From the NCBI GenBank assembly GCA_016234585.1, contig JACRBB010000027.1, forward strand, positions 1-45,114: a stretch of 45,114 nucleotides of DNA. The letters run 5' to 3'. The notes under the pieces were generated by a model, which was not told the origin of the DNA, made no database searches, and was given only the letters and a program-made list of their open reading frames with translations. Numbering within the stretch: position 1 is the stretch's first letter; every line of letters begins with the position of its first letter. This stretch comes from Candidatus Saccharimonadota bacterium. Its GTDB lineage: Bacteria > Patescibacteriota > Saccharimonadia > Saccharimonadales > UBA10212. Below are positions 18,374-27,431 of the stretch, one piece after another. Made by a program: the position numbers and the translations under genes.

Positions 18374-20461
18374 GTGGCAGAGAAGAAATACGAATTAGAG
18401 AAAGTGCGCAACATTGGCATTATTGCCCATATTGACGCCGGAAAAACTACTACCACAGAGGGGATTCTTTACCGTACCGGCTTAAAGCACAAGATTGGGG
18501 CGGTGCATGAGGGCGAAACCACTACCGACTGGATGGCCCAAGAAAAAGAACGTGGCATTACCATTACGGCCGCTGCGGTCACCTGTTTTTGGAAAGATCA
18601 CAAAATCAACATTATCGATACACCGGGTCACATTGACTTTACTGTCGAAGTGGAACGCTCACTGCGTGTATTAGATGGGGCTGTGACCGTGTTCGACGGT
18701 AAGATGGGCGTGGAATCTCAGTCCGAAACCGTTTGGCGTCAAGCCGACAAGTATGGCGTCCCGCGCATCTGTTTTATCAATAAAATCAACCAAACCGGCG
18801 GCGACTTTTATAAGAGCCTAGACAGCATTCACGCCAGACTAAGCAAACACGCTTTCCCAATCCATCTACCTATCGGGTTCGAGCAAGGCGTCAGTGGCAT
18901 AATTGACCTTATAAAAATGAAGAGCTACACCTACAAAGACTTTACCGATAAAGAGTTGGTTGAGGGCGAAGTCCCTGCCGATATGATGGACCAGGCCAAA
19001 AAATACCGCTCGCTTTTGGTAGAGAACGCTGTAGCCGAAGACGAGACAGTCATGGAAAAGTACTTCGAAGTCGGTGAAGACGGACTGTCTGAGGACGAAA
19101 TCAAGCAAGCTGTCCGTAGCGCCGTGCTTTCCGGTAAATTTTTCGTGGTATCCGGCGGTGACGGCCGCGGAGTGATAGTAGAGAAACTGCTAGATGCTGT
19201 TAATGATTTTCTTCCGAGCCCGCTGGACAGAGGCAGTACGTGGGGCGTAAACCCCAAGACTGGCGATGAAGTCGAGCGTAAGCCGGCTGGCGCCGAACCA
19301 TTCGTAGCTTTGGCCTTCAAGATCGCTACCGACCCGTTTGTAGGTAAACTGGCGTTTTTTAGGGTGTACTCCGGCAAGGTTCTAGCAGGTAGCTATATTT
19401 TAAACAGCTCAACGGGCGAAAAAGAGCGTGTTGGCCGAATTGTCAGAATGCACGCCGATAAACGTGAAGACGTAACTGAAGTTGAAGCTGGTGATATCGC
19501 CGCCATCGTTGGGCTAAAAGGTACCACCACCGGACACTCGTTGTGCGACCCAGCCAACCCGGTCATCTTAGAGAGTATCACCTTCCCTGAGCCGCCGGTC
19601 AGCATCGCCATTGAACCTAAGACCAAAGCCGACCAGGAAAAGATGGGCATCGCTTTGCAGCGACTAGCCGAGGAAGATCCGACCTTCCGCATCAAGGCCG
19701 ATCACGAAACCGGGCAGACAATCATTTCCGGCATGGGTGAGTTGCACCTAGAAATTATCGTAGACCGTATGAAGCGTGAGTTTACTGTGGAAGCCAACGT
19801 TGGCCAGCCGCAAGTGGCATACCGTGAAACCATCAGAAAAGACGCTGTTGAATCAGAAGGTAAATTTATTCGTCAAAGTGGCGGCCGTGGTCAGTACGGT
19901 CATGTCTGGATCCGTTTGAGTCAGAACGAGGCCGGTAAAGGCTTTGAGTTTATCAACAGTATCAAAGGTGGAGCTGTACCTAGCGAATATATCCCCGCTG
20001 TAAAATCCGGTATCGAAGAAGCCATGAGCAATGGTGTCATCGCCGGGTACCCCGTAGTAGATGTTATCGCCGAGCTTTACGACGGCAGTTACCACGATGT
20101 CGACTCTTCGGAAATGGCCTTTAAAATCGCCGGCTCCATGGCGCTACAAGACGGCGTTAAAAAAGCCTCGCCGGTTCTACTGGAACCAATCATGAAAGTG
20201 GTTGTGGTTACGCCAGAGTCTTCCATGGGCGACGTTATTGGTGATCTGAACAGCAAACGCGGCCGGGTGGAGAGCATTGACGATCTAGCTAATAACATCA
20301 AGCAGATAACCGCTTTTGTACCGCTTGGCGAAATGTTTGGTTACACCACTAACCTTCGCAGCATGACCCAGGGCCGGGCCAGCAGCTCCATGGAGCTTGA
20401 CCACTACGCCGATGTCCCGGGCAATGTGGCCCAAGAAATCATCGCTAAAACCAGCAAATAG
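18374..20461 (+). CDS. fusA: Elongation factor G
   Basis: 695 aa. [26 protein letters not shown], and domain IV/V blocks. GTG start. Confidence 0.95.
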   Translation: MAEKKYELEKVRNIGIIAHIDAGKTTTTEGILYRTGLKHKIGAVHEGETTTDWMAQEKERGITITAAAVTCFWKDHKINIIDTPGHIDFTVEVERSLRVLDGAVTVFDGKMGVESQSETVWRQADKYGVPRICFINKINQTGGDFYKSLDSIHARLSKHAFPIHLPIGFEQGVSGIIDLIKMKSYTYKDFTDKELVEGEVPADMMDQAKKYRSLLVENAVAEDETVMEKYFEVGEDGLSEDEIKQAVRSAVLSGKFFVVSGGDGRGVIVEKLLDAVNDFLPSPLDRGSTWGVNPKTGDEVERKPAGAEPFVALAFKIATDPFVGKLAFFRVYSGKVLAGSYILNSSTGEKERVGRIVRMHADKREDVTEVEAGDIAAIVGLKGTTTGHSLCDPANPVILESITFPEPPVSIAIEPKTKADQEKMGIALQRLAEEDPTFRIKADHETGQTIISGMGELHLEIIVDRMKREFTVEANVGQPQVAYRETIRKDAVESEGKFIRQSGGRGQYGHVWIRLSQNEAGKGFEFINSIKGGAVPSEYIPAVKSGIEEAMSNGVIAGYPVVDVIAELYDGSYHDVDSSEMAFKIAGSMALQDGVKKASPVLLEPIMKVVVVTPESSMGDVIGDLNSKRGRVESIDDLANNIKQITAFVPLGEMFGYTTNLRSMTQGRASSSMELDHYADVPGNVAQEIIAKTSK

Positions 20462-20467
20462 TAACGC

Positions 20468-20497
20468 TTGACACTCCTTAGGAACACTGATTAGATT
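20468..20497 (+). promoter_or_regulatory. Candidate promoter TTGACA-18 nt-TAGATT for the FabD-like gene
   Basis: Consensus -35 box 7 nt after the fusA stop. The -10 keeps T1, A2, A4 and T6. Confidence 0.4.
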
Positions 20498-20533
20498 AGG
20501 CGCATCAATAGATTTCGAGAAAATTCGGTTGCT

Positions 20534-21463
20534 GTGCTATCTCCTGGTCAGGGTGTCCAGCAGGCTGGTATGGGCGAGGCGATTTATAGAGCCTCTGACG
20601 ACGCCAAAGCTGTATATGAGGTTGCCAGTGAAGTTACGGGTGTCGATATAGCCGAAGTATGTTTTGGTAGTGAAACGGATAGGCTAGCCGAAACACTAGT
20701 AGCTCAACCCGCAATCGCCGCGGTTTCTATTTCTGAATATTATTATCTCAAAAAGCGTGGCTTTATGCCGGATGTTGGCATGGGGCATAGCATGGGCGAA
20801 ATACCGCTATTAGCTATGGTTGGGGCAGTATCGCTTAGAGATACATTTAAACTTCTTCAGGTACGAGCGACTGCCACATCTGAGGCTAGTAAAGAACGGC
20901 CCGGAATAATGGCCGCAGTAAGCGGACTAACAATCGAGGACGTTAAGTCGAAAACAGCAAATATTCTTGCTGGAGGTAGAACTGTGGTGGCCAATCTGAA
21001 CAGCACCTACCAACAAGTTTTTAGCGGTGACCATAAACCTATGCATGAGCTGGAGGAGCTAATCAGAAATCTGAGGGTGACTGATAGAATCAAGGTAAAA
21101 TATACAGAACTTCGAACTGGTGGAGCATTTCACTCGCCTTATCATATGGAGAACGCTGTTGGAGCGTTTCATGATGCCGCGCAGTCTGTAACCCTTTTGG
21201 TCCCTGAATTTGATCTAATGCTTAATAATGCCACGTATTTGAGTGAAGTCGGGCTGTCAAATCTGCCAGCGTATCTAAGTCAGCAGCTGGTTAGCGGGGT
21301 TAATTTTACGGGCGGAGTAGAGAGGCTGGTAGATGACGGCGTGACTAACTTTGTTGAAGTCGGTTCAAGTAACAGTTCGGCGAAGTATAAAACTCTTTCA
21401 GGATTAATTAAACGTGATTTTGCCGACAGGGTACACATCTTAGAGGTTAAAGAAATAGAATAG
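20534..21463 (+). CDS. FabD-like (malonyl-CoA:ACP transacylase family) acyltransferase
   Basis: SPGQGVQQAGMG, GHSMGE nucleophile elbow (Ser codon 20789-20791), conserved Arg in LQVRAT, NLNSTYQQVFSG, GGAFHSPYM His motif. Homology (NSVAV) continues upstream of the GTG, where no canonical start codon exists. Confidence 0.75.
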   Translation: MLSPGQGVQQAGMGEAIYRASDDAKAVYEVASEVTGVDIAEVCFGSETDRLAETLVAQPAIAAVSISEYYYLKKRGFMPDVGMGHSMGEIPLLAMVGAVSLRDTFKLLQVRATATSEASKERPGIMAAVSGLTIEDVKSKTANILAGGRTVVANLNSTYQQVFSGDHKPMHELEELIRNLRVTDRIKVKYTELRTGGAFHSPYHMENAVGAFHDAAQSVTLLVPEFDLMLNNATYLSEVGLSNLPAYLSQQLVSGVNFTGGVERLVDDGVTNFVEVGSSNSSAKYKTLSGLIKRDFADRVHILEVKEIE

Positions 21464-21505
21464 TAGCCAAAAGTTAGACAAAAAACTCAAGTCAAAAGTT
21501 AACAC

Positions 21506-21535
21506 TTTACAACAGGCACATGTTTACCTTATAAT
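21506..21535 (+). promoter_or_regulatory. tuf promoter TTTACA-18 nt-TATAAT
   Basis: Hexamers read directly, about 86 nt upstream of the tuf ATG. SD aggag lies at 21609-21613. Confidence 0.5.
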
Positions 21536-21621
21536 TGTCAGGTATTGCAGTGTGGGTTGTCTATTTAGTACGCCCATGCTCTCATTAAATCAATAAATCT
21601 TTATAGTAGGAGTCACACTAA

Positions 21622-22806
21622 ATGGCAGATCAATTCGACCGCAGCAAACCACACGTCAACGTTGGCACAATGGGCCACGTCGACCACGGAAAAACCAGCT
21701 TAACTGCTGCTATTACTTCTGTGCTTGCCAAAAAAATGCCAAGCAGCATTAACAAACCCGTCAAATATGACGAAATCGACAAAGCCCCGGAAGAAAAAGC
21801 CCGCGGTATCACCATCGCTACCTCACACCAGGAGTACGAGAGTGAAAAGCGTCACTACGCCCACGTTGATATGCCTGGCCACGCCGACTACATCAAGAAC
21901 ATGATTACCGGCGCCGCTCAGATTGACGGTGCTATTTTGGTTGTATCCGCTGCCGATGGCCCAATGCCTCAGACCCGCGAGCACGTGCTGCTTGCCAAGC
22001 AGGTCGGTGTGCCTTCTATCCTGGTATTTCTTAACAAGATGGACTTGGCCGATCCAGAATTGGTCGAGTTAGTCGAGGATGATGTCCGGGAACTTCTGGC
22101 TAAATATGACTTTGACCGCGAGGCTCCTATTATAAAAGGTTCCGCTACTAAGGCTATCGAAGGCGACGCTGCCAACGAAGACGCCATCATGGAACTCATC
22201 AAAGCTATGGATGATTACATCCCAGAGCCAAAGCGCGACCTAGACAAGCCGTTTCTTATGCCTGTCGAGGATGTCTTTTCCATCAAGGGCCGCGGCACAG
22301 TTGCCACCGGCCGAGTCGAGCAAGGTGTAGTAAAAGTTAACGAAGAAATTGAAATAGTCGGTATCCGCCCAACCAAGAAGACCGTCGTAACTGGTGTAGA
22401 GATGTTCAAGAAGAATCTAGATCAAGGCCAGGCCGGCGATAACGTTGGTATCTTGCTTCGTGGTGTAGAACGAGACGACATCGAACGAGGTCAAGTGCTT
22501 TGCAAGCCGGGTTCTATTACGCCTCACACAGAATTTGATAGCGAAGTCTACATTCTCACCAAAGAAGAGGGCGGCCGCCACACACCATTCTTCAAAGGCT
22601 ACAAGCCGCAGTTTTACTTCCGAACGACCGATGTAACCGGCGAAGTTGAGCTGCCAGCCGACAAAGAGATGGTTATGCCAGGCGACACCGTAACATTTAA
22701 GGTTAAACTTCTTGCCCCGATCGCTATGGACCAGGGCCTTCGCTTTGCTATCCGAGAAGGTGGCCGTACTGTCGGCGCCGGTGTAGTAACCAAAATCGTT
22801 AAATAA
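21622..22806 (+). CDS. tuf: Elongation factor Tu
   Basis: 394 aa. [20 protein letters not shown], and the remainder is canonical EF-Tu. Confidence 0.97.
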   Translation: MADQFDRSKPHVNVGTMGHVDHGKTSLTAAITSVLAKKMPSSINKPVKYDEIDKAPEEKARGITIATSHQEYESEKRHYAHVDMPGHADYIKNMITGAAQIDGAILVVSAADGPMPQTREHVLLAKQVGVPSILVFLNKMDLADPELVELVEDDVRELLAKYDFDREAPIIKGSATKAIEGDAANEDAIMELIKAMDDYIPEPKRDLDKPFLMPVEDVFSIKGRGTVATGRVEQGVVKVNEEIEIVGIRPTKKTVVTGVEMFKKNLDQGQAGDNVGILLRGVERDDIERGQVLCKPGSITPHTEFDSEVYILTKEEGGRHTPFFKGYKPQFYFRTTDVTGEVELPADKEMVMPGDTVTFKVKLLAPIAMDQGLRFAIREGGRTVGAGVVTKIVK

Positions 22807-22809
22807 TAT

Positions 22810-23061
22810 ATGTCTCGTAACTTCAACGAATTACCAACTAACAGCAATCGCAGACAATGGGTCGCAAGTAAGCTGTCTGACATAGCCCTCCTAGAAAGAG
22901 GCGAGGCGTCAGCTATTGTGATGTACGGTATAGCATCAGATGATGGCAAAAAGGGTCGGCTCGTTACGCGTGAAGAAGCTCCTGAAGTGGACATGCGCTT
23001 GAGAGAAAGACTTTCAGGTGAATTTCCCGAGCTTTCGTTGATAGGGCATAACATAGATTAA
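22810..23061 (+). CDS. Orphan 83-aa protein filling the tuf-rpsJ junction
   Basis: ATG lies 3 nt after the tuf stop, and its own stop lies 1 nt before the rpsJ ATG. Neither this ORF nor rpsJ has an SD, which implies serial translational coupling. No family recognised. Confidence 0.55.
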   Translation: MSRNFNELPTNSNRRQWVASKLSDIALLERGEASAIVMYGIASDDGKKGRLVTREEAPEVDMRLRERLSGEFPELSLIGHNID

Positions 23062-23062
23062 T

Positions 23063-23404
23063 ATGGCAGACACAACTAAAAAAACAGCTACACCAGAAGT
23101 CAAGCAACGAATACGCATTCGCTTAAAGGCTTATGACCACAAAGTTATTGATCAATCTGCTAAGCAGATTGTAGAAACAGCACTTCGGACTGGCGCCAAT
23201 ATTTCCGGACCGATTCCTTTGCCGACCCGTAAGAGTACGTTTACCGTAGTTAAAAGCCCGCACGTCTACAAAAAAGGCCGGGAACAGTTTGAAATGCGAG
23301 TCCACAAACGTCTGATTGATATTAGCGACCCCACACCAAAAACTATCGATAGCTTGATGAACCTCTCGCTTCCCGCGGGCTGTGATGCCGAAATAAAAAT
23401 GTAG
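23063..23404 (+). CDS. rpsJ: 30S ribosomal protein S10
   Basis: [26 protein letters not shown]...GPIPLPT...RLIDI. Confidence 0.95.
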   Translation: MADTTKKTATPEVKQRIRIRLKAYDHKVIDQSAKQIVETALRTGANISGPIPLPTRKSTFTVVKSPHVYKKGREQFEMRVHKRLIDISDPTPKTIDSLMNLSLPAGCDAEIKM

Positions 23405-23410
23405 CTTAAA

Positions 23411-23436
23411 AAGCCGCCCAATCCGGGCGGTTTTTT
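23411..23436 (+). terminator. Rho-independent terminator immediately after rpsJ
   Basis: Stem ccgccc/gggcgg, loop aatcc, followed by tttttt. Confidence 0.7.
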
Positions 23437-23450
23437 GGTACCATGGTTTC

Positions 23451-23924
23451 GTGAAGAAGGTTAATGTAGCCGGAGAAAAAACCGACATGCGGCGTGGTGT
23501 TGACCATATTGGCGTGACGGTTTGTTTTGTGGTGCATGATGGTGCCGGTAATGTGCTTTTACAAAAACGCAGTCAACAGTGCCGTGACGAAAAGGGCCAC
23601 TGGGATATTGGCGGAGGCGCGCTTGAGTTTGGTGAAACAATCCAGGACGCTGTGCGCCGTGAGGTCTACGAGGAGCTGCTTGTCGATGTACTTGCATTAG
23701 AATTTCTTTTCTCATTCGAGGCCTTGCGTGATAATAACGGCATTCCAACTCACTGGATAGCTATGTCTCACGCTGTAAAAGTTGACCCTGCTAAGGTAAA
23801 AATTGGTGAACCGCGAAAAATTGACAAAATCGGTTGGTTCACTACCAAGAACTTGCCTAAACCACTGCATTCACAGATGAAGAAATCGTTAGACAGGGCT
23901 AAGGCCGAGGGGATAATAAAGTAA
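23451..23924 (+). CDS. NUDIX hydrolase
   Basis: Nudix box [24 protein letters not shown] (GX5EX7REUXEE). Start uncertain: GTG at 23451 or ATG at 23487. Confidence 0.8.
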   Translation: MKKVNVAGEKTDMRRGVDHIGVTVCFVVHDGAGNVLLQKRSQQCRDEKGHWDIGGGALEFGETIQDAVRREVYEELLVDVLALEFLFSFEALRDNNGIPTHWIAMSHAVKVDPAKVKIGEPRKIDKIGWFTTKNLPKPLHSQMKKSLDRAKAEGIIK

Positions 23925-23966
23925 CTGATACTTTGGCTCGCGGAAAGTTGTAGTAAAATAACAGTT

Positions 23967-24227
23967 ATGGCTAATAAGAAAAAGAACGAACTAGATAGCG
24001 TCTACCTACTTAAGCTGATTTTATATCTTGTAATCGGCTCGCAGTGGTTAAAAATCGTTACTAAAACTGGGGCGCAGATACCCATCCCGGTAGGAGCCTT
24101 ACTGGCAGTGCTATTTGCCAGCCACGATCACTTTCAGATCGACAGAAAAATCGAGTACGCAGTCTTGCTAGTTGCTATGTTCATGGGTTTTTGGCTGCCG
24201 CTTGGTGCTCAACTGACCCTACATTAG
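23967..24227 (+). CDS. Small hypothetical membrane protein (86 aa, 2-3 predicted TM helices)
   Basis: Hydrophobic segments LLKLILYLVIGSQWL, IPIPVGALLAVLFA and AVLLVAMFMGFWLPLGA. No family recognised. Confidence 0.5.
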   Translation: MANKKKNELDSVYLLKLILYLVIGSQWLKIVTKTGAQIPIPVGALLAVLFASHDHFQIDRKIEYAVLLVAMFMGFWLPLGAQLTLH

Positions 24228-24257
24228 ATCTCGAACGTTTGTAATATTTGCAACAGA

Positions 24258-24287
24258 TTGACAGATGTAGTGACAGCGTGGTAATCT
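24258..24287 (+). promoter_or_regulatory. Promoter TTGACA-18 nt-(TGg)TAATCT for the rplC-led operon
   Basis: Consensus -35 box and an extended -10 TG motif, read directly. Confidence 0.5.
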
Positions 24288-24433
24288 GTTATGGTATATC
24301 GGCTCGGGACCTTGGTTTAATGGGCAAGTCTGCCACGATCTACAGTGGTAGATACTACCCAACCAAGTATGTTTTAGGTTGTATATCAAATTTTTAGATT
24401 GATTGGCAAGTAAAGAAAGGCTAAGTCTTTAGG
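24288..24433 (+). promoter_or_regulatory. Structured ~145-nt 5' leader of rplC (candidate ribosomal-protein autoregulatory leader)
   Basis: A 7-bp outer stem cttggtt (24311-17) / aaccaag (24361-67) encloses several mutually exclusive 4-bp hairpins (ggca/tgcc, ccac/gtgg, tcta/taga, ggta/tacc). Confidence 0.35.
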
Positions 24434-25045
24434 GTGAAAGCTCTTATAACACGCAAACTGGGAATGACCAGCGTCATAACGGAAGATGGCGCCTCTATTG
24501 CTGTTACCCTACTTTCAGCCGAGCCGAATGTCATCACCCAAGTCAAAACCAGTGAAATTGATGGTTACAAGGCAGTCCAGCAAGGTTTTGAGTTCAGTAA
24601 AAAACTCGCCAAGCCGCAGATAGGACACTCTAAGGCCGCTAAAGCTACGCCAAAGATTGTCCGCGAGTTTAGAATCAATGAAATTACAGATGAAACGAAG
24701 GTCGGCGAAAAGTTAAGCGTCGACCTTTTTAGTGTGGGCGATACGATTGACGCCACAGGCATAAGTAAGGGTAAGGGTTTTGCCGGCACCATTAAGCGCC
24801 ACAACTTTCACCGAGGCCGCAAGACGCATGGTGGGCGCAGCTACCGCCGCCCCGGTTCCATTGGTTCGATGTATCCCCAAAAAATCTTTAAGGGCAAGAA
24901 AATGGCTGGCCGGATGGGCCACGACCAAGTTACTACTAAAGGCCTAAAAATCGCGTTGGTTGAGCCTGAGTTAAACGTCATTGGCGTTACTGGAGCCGTT
25001 CCGGGTCCTAAAAAAGGCATCGTGTTGATAAAGGAGGCTAAGTAG
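24434..25045 (+). CDS. rplC: 50S ribosomal protein L3
   Basis: GTG start. KALITRKLGMTSV..., GISKGKGFAGTIKRHNF. Confidence 0.93.
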   Translation: MKALITRKLGMTSVITEDGASIAVTLLSAEPNVITQVKTSEIDGYKAVQQGFEFSKKLAKPQIGHSKAAKATPKIVREFRINEITDETKVGEKLSVDLFSVGDTIDATGISKGKGFAGTIKRHNFHRGRKTHGGRSYRRPGSIGSMYPQKIFKGKKMAGRMGHDQVTTKGLKIALVEPELNVIGVTGAVPGPKKGIVLIKEAK

Positions 25046-25687
25046 ATGGCCGTGGCTACTTACACCAAAGCCGGAGCTAAAGCCACCACACCGGCCAAGC
25101 TGGAAAAGAAGGTTTTTGGAATTGACGTTAAGAACCATGATCTTCTAAAAGATGCCTATTTGGCCTACTTGGCAAACGGCCGGACAAACTTGGCCATCAC
25201 AAAAAAACGGGGTGAGGTAAGAGGTGGCGGTAAGAAGCCATGGCGCCAAAAAGGCACCGGTCGGGCTCGATTTGGTTCTAGCCGTAACCCGATTTGGCGC
25301 GGTGGTGGCGTTGCTTTTGGTCCCACCGGCAATGAAAACTATACCCGCAAACTGAGCCTGGCCACCAAGCACCAGGCGCTACGCCAAGCATTAAGCCTGG
25401 CTGCTAAAGAAGATCGGCTTAAAATCATCGAAACCTTCGCGTACATGGAAGGCAAAACCAAAGACATGGTTAGTTTCCTTGATAAAATCGATGCCAAAGG
25501 CAACGTGTTGTGTGTTGTTAGCGTGAAAGACGCATCCAAGGAACGCGCAGCTCAAAACATCGCCGAACTCAAGGTAAGCTCTGCTAAATATTTAAATGTT
25601 TTTGATGTGCTGAATGCTGACTGTATCGTAATGAGCCGTAAGGCGTTAGAAACAGTCCAAGCCTGGTTAGGTGGTAAGAATGAGTAA
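25046..25687 (+). CDS. rplD: 50S ribosomal protein L4
   Basis: GGGKKPWRQKGTGRARFGSSRNPIWRGGGVAFGP. Confidence 0.93.
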   Translation: MAVATYTKAGAKATTPAKLEKKVFGIDVKNHDLLKDAYLAYLANGRTNLAITKKRGEVRGGGKKPWRQKGTGRARFGSSRNPIWRGGGVAFGPTGNENYTRKLSLATKHQALRQALSLAAKEDRLKIIETFAYMEGKTKDMVSFLDKIDAKGNVLCVVSVKDASKERAAQNIAELKVSSAKYLNVFDVLNADCIVMSRKALETVQAWLGGKNE

Positions 25688-26021
25688 GTCTGTAACCCTT
25701 CGCCCGCGAATGAGCGAGAAAACCTACGCTCTCAGCGAGGAACGTAACACCTATGTCTTTGAGATTCCTACCGACGCTAACAAACATACTGTCGCCAGAG
25801 CCGTGGCCGCGCAATTCGAAGTTACTGTAAACGGGGTCAGAATAGCTAAAACTCCCGGTAAATCCAGACGAAGTTACCGCAGAGGCGGTCGTGTTGTCCG
25901 TAAGGGCATGACATCGGGTGTTAAAAAAGCCTACGTTACCCTAAAGTCCGGCGACAAAATACCTATCTTCACTGCTGCTACTGAGGCCGCAGAAAAAGCC
26001 GAAGCCAAGGAGAAGAAATAA
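25680..26021 (+). CDS. rplW: 50S ribosomal protein L23
   Basis: LRPRMSEKTY...YVFEIPTDANKHTVARAV. ATG at 25680 follows aggtgg. Overlaps the end of rplD. Confidence 0.9.
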   Translation: MSKSVTLRPRMSEKTYALSEERNTYVFEIPTDANKHTVARAVAAQFEVTVNGVRIAKTPGKSRRSYRRGGRVVRKGMTSGVKKAYVTLKSGDKIPIFTAATEAAEKAEAKEKK

Positions 26022-26854
26022 TGGCTATCAATAGTTATAAGCCTACAACTCCAGCCCGGCGCGGTATGACCAGCCAGGATTTTGAAAGTATCACTACTAA
26101 TAAGCCGCTGCGCAGCCTAACCGTCATCAAAAAAGGCCCGGTGGCCCGCAATAACCAGGGTCGGATCACTACTCGCCATCGTGGAGGTGGCGTAAGGCGT
26201 TATTACCGCATAATGAACTTTAAGTTCGCCCCGGGCAAAGCTACGGTTGAGCAGATTGAGTATGACCCCAACCGCAGCGCCAGAATCGCGCGTATCAAAG
26301 ATGATTCCGGCCGCTACCATTACATTTTGGCTGCTAAAGGTATGAAAGTCGGCACCAAGCTAAATTCGGGCGAGGAATCCCCGATTGAGACAGGCAACCG
26401 GTTACCGCTTAAGAACATACCGACCGGTACCGTAATGCATGCTATCGAGCTTCAGCCTGGACGCGGTGCTCAGATGGTTCGTACTGCTGGCGCGGGCGCC
26501 CAGTTGCTGGCTAAAGAAGAAGATTATGTCCAGGTGCGCCTGCCTAGTGGTGAGGTGCGCTTAATAAACGCGAACTGCACAGCCAGCATTGGTACCGTAG
26601 GTAACGAGCAGCACCAGAACGTTCAAATCGGCAAAGCCGGCCGCAAGCGTCATATGGGCATACGCCCCAGTGTCCGCGGTGTGGTTATGGCTGCAGCCGA
26701 CCACCCTCACGGTGGTGGAGATGGCGGCCGTCACCGTATGGCTCGTCCGCCTACGACTCCTTGGGGCCAAAAGACTTTGGGCTACAAGACTCGCCGCCGC
26801 AAGACCAGCAATAAGTTTATTGTTCGTACCAGACACCAAGGAAAGAGGAGATAG
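26021..26854 (+). CDS. rplB: 50S ribosomal protein L2
   Basis: GRNNQGRITTRHRGGG, GNRLPLKNIPTGT, HPHGGG. Confidence 0.95.
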   Translation: MAINSYKPTTPARRGMTSQDFESITTNKPLRSLTVIKKGPVARNNQGRITTRHRGGGVRRYYRIMNFKFAPGKATVEQIEYDPNRSARIARIKDDSGRYHYILAAKGMKVGTKLNSGEESPIETGNRLPLKNIPTGTVMHAIELQPGRGAQMVRTAGAGAQLLAKEEDYVQVRLPSGEVRLINANCTASIGTVGNEQHQNVQIGKAGRKRHMGIRPSVRGVVMAAADHPHGGGDGGRHRMARPPTTPWGQKTLGYKTRRRKTSNKFIVRTRHQGKRR

Positions 26855-26856
26855 AA

Positions 26857-27141
26857 ATGTCAGGATTACCAAGCTACAACGTATATGGCTCGGAAAGAGA
26901 GCTAGGCAGAGGCGAATTCCCCCTTTCTCCTGCTGAAGTAGGATATTCGGCAGGCATTGATGATACTCTCGAAGAACTGAGAGGAAATGAAGGTGGCGAA
27001 AGACAACTAGAAGTTCCCAAAGACCCGCACTTACTTAGCCGTGAGGATTTTGATTTAGGTTATGGTAGAGGTCGCTCAGAAACCATGCGTGTTTTAGCAA
27101 CTGTAGCATTAGCTAAAGGACTAGGAGCTGGGGAGGAATAG
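26857..27141 (+). CDS. Orphan acidic 94-aa protein filling the rplB-rpsS junction
   Basis: Strong SD aagaggag lies in the last rplB codons, with the ATG 2 nt after the rplB stop. Its own last codons (ggggaggaatag) form the SD for rpsS 3 nt later. Gly/Glu/Arg-rich. No family recognised. Confidence 0.6.
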   Translation: MSGLPSYNVYGSERELGRGEFPLSPAEVGYSAGIDDTLEELRGNEGGERQLEVPKDPHLLSREDFDLGYGRGRSETMRVLATVALAKGLGAGEE

Positions 27142-27144
27142 TTT

Positions 27145-27429
27145 ATGTCTAGAAGTTTAAAAAAGGGACCTTTTGTAGATCCCAAATTAGCTAAAAAAGT
27201 TGCCGCTTTAGGCTCTGATGACAGAAGCGTTATAAAAACTTGGGCTAGGGCCAGCACCATACCTCCGGAATTCGTTGGCCGGACTATCGCTGTGCATAAC
27301 GGCAAGGTGCATGTGCCGGTGTTCGTTACCGAAAATATGGTTGGGCATAAGCTTGGCGAGTTTTCACCGACTCGCAAATTTAGGTCCCACGGTGGAAAAT
27401 TGGCTAAGAGCCAAGGAGAAAGAGGCTAA
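27145..27429 (+). CDS. rpsS: 30S ribosomal protein S19
   Basis: [15 protein letters not shown]...[10 protein letters not shown]...GHKLGEF. Confidence 0.95.
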   Translation: MSRSLKKGPFVDPKLAKKVAALGSDDRSVIKTWARASTIPPEFVGRTIAVHNGKVHVPVFVTENMVGHKLGEFSPTRKFRSHGGKLAKSQGERG

Positions 27430-27431
27430 TC

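Noticed and set aside
18026-27141. The three small orphan ORFs might be acyl carrier proteins partnering the FabD-like enzyme.
   Set aside because: None carries the ACP phosphopantetheine motif (D-S-L in a GxDSLD..EL context). The closest strings are GIDDTLEEL in the 94-aa ORF and KLSDIALLE in the 83-aa ORF, and both lack the Ser in the right place. No helix pattern typical of ACP is evident.
18026-27141. AGA/AGG/GCA/ATA-rich codon usage in the inserted ORFs and the FabD-like gene as evidence of recent horizontal transfer.
   Set aside because: tuf uses only CGN Arg codons, but bona fide neighbours such as rpsS also use AGA and AGG. The contrast may just reflect expression-level bias. I could not compute statistics, so this is not claimed as evidence.
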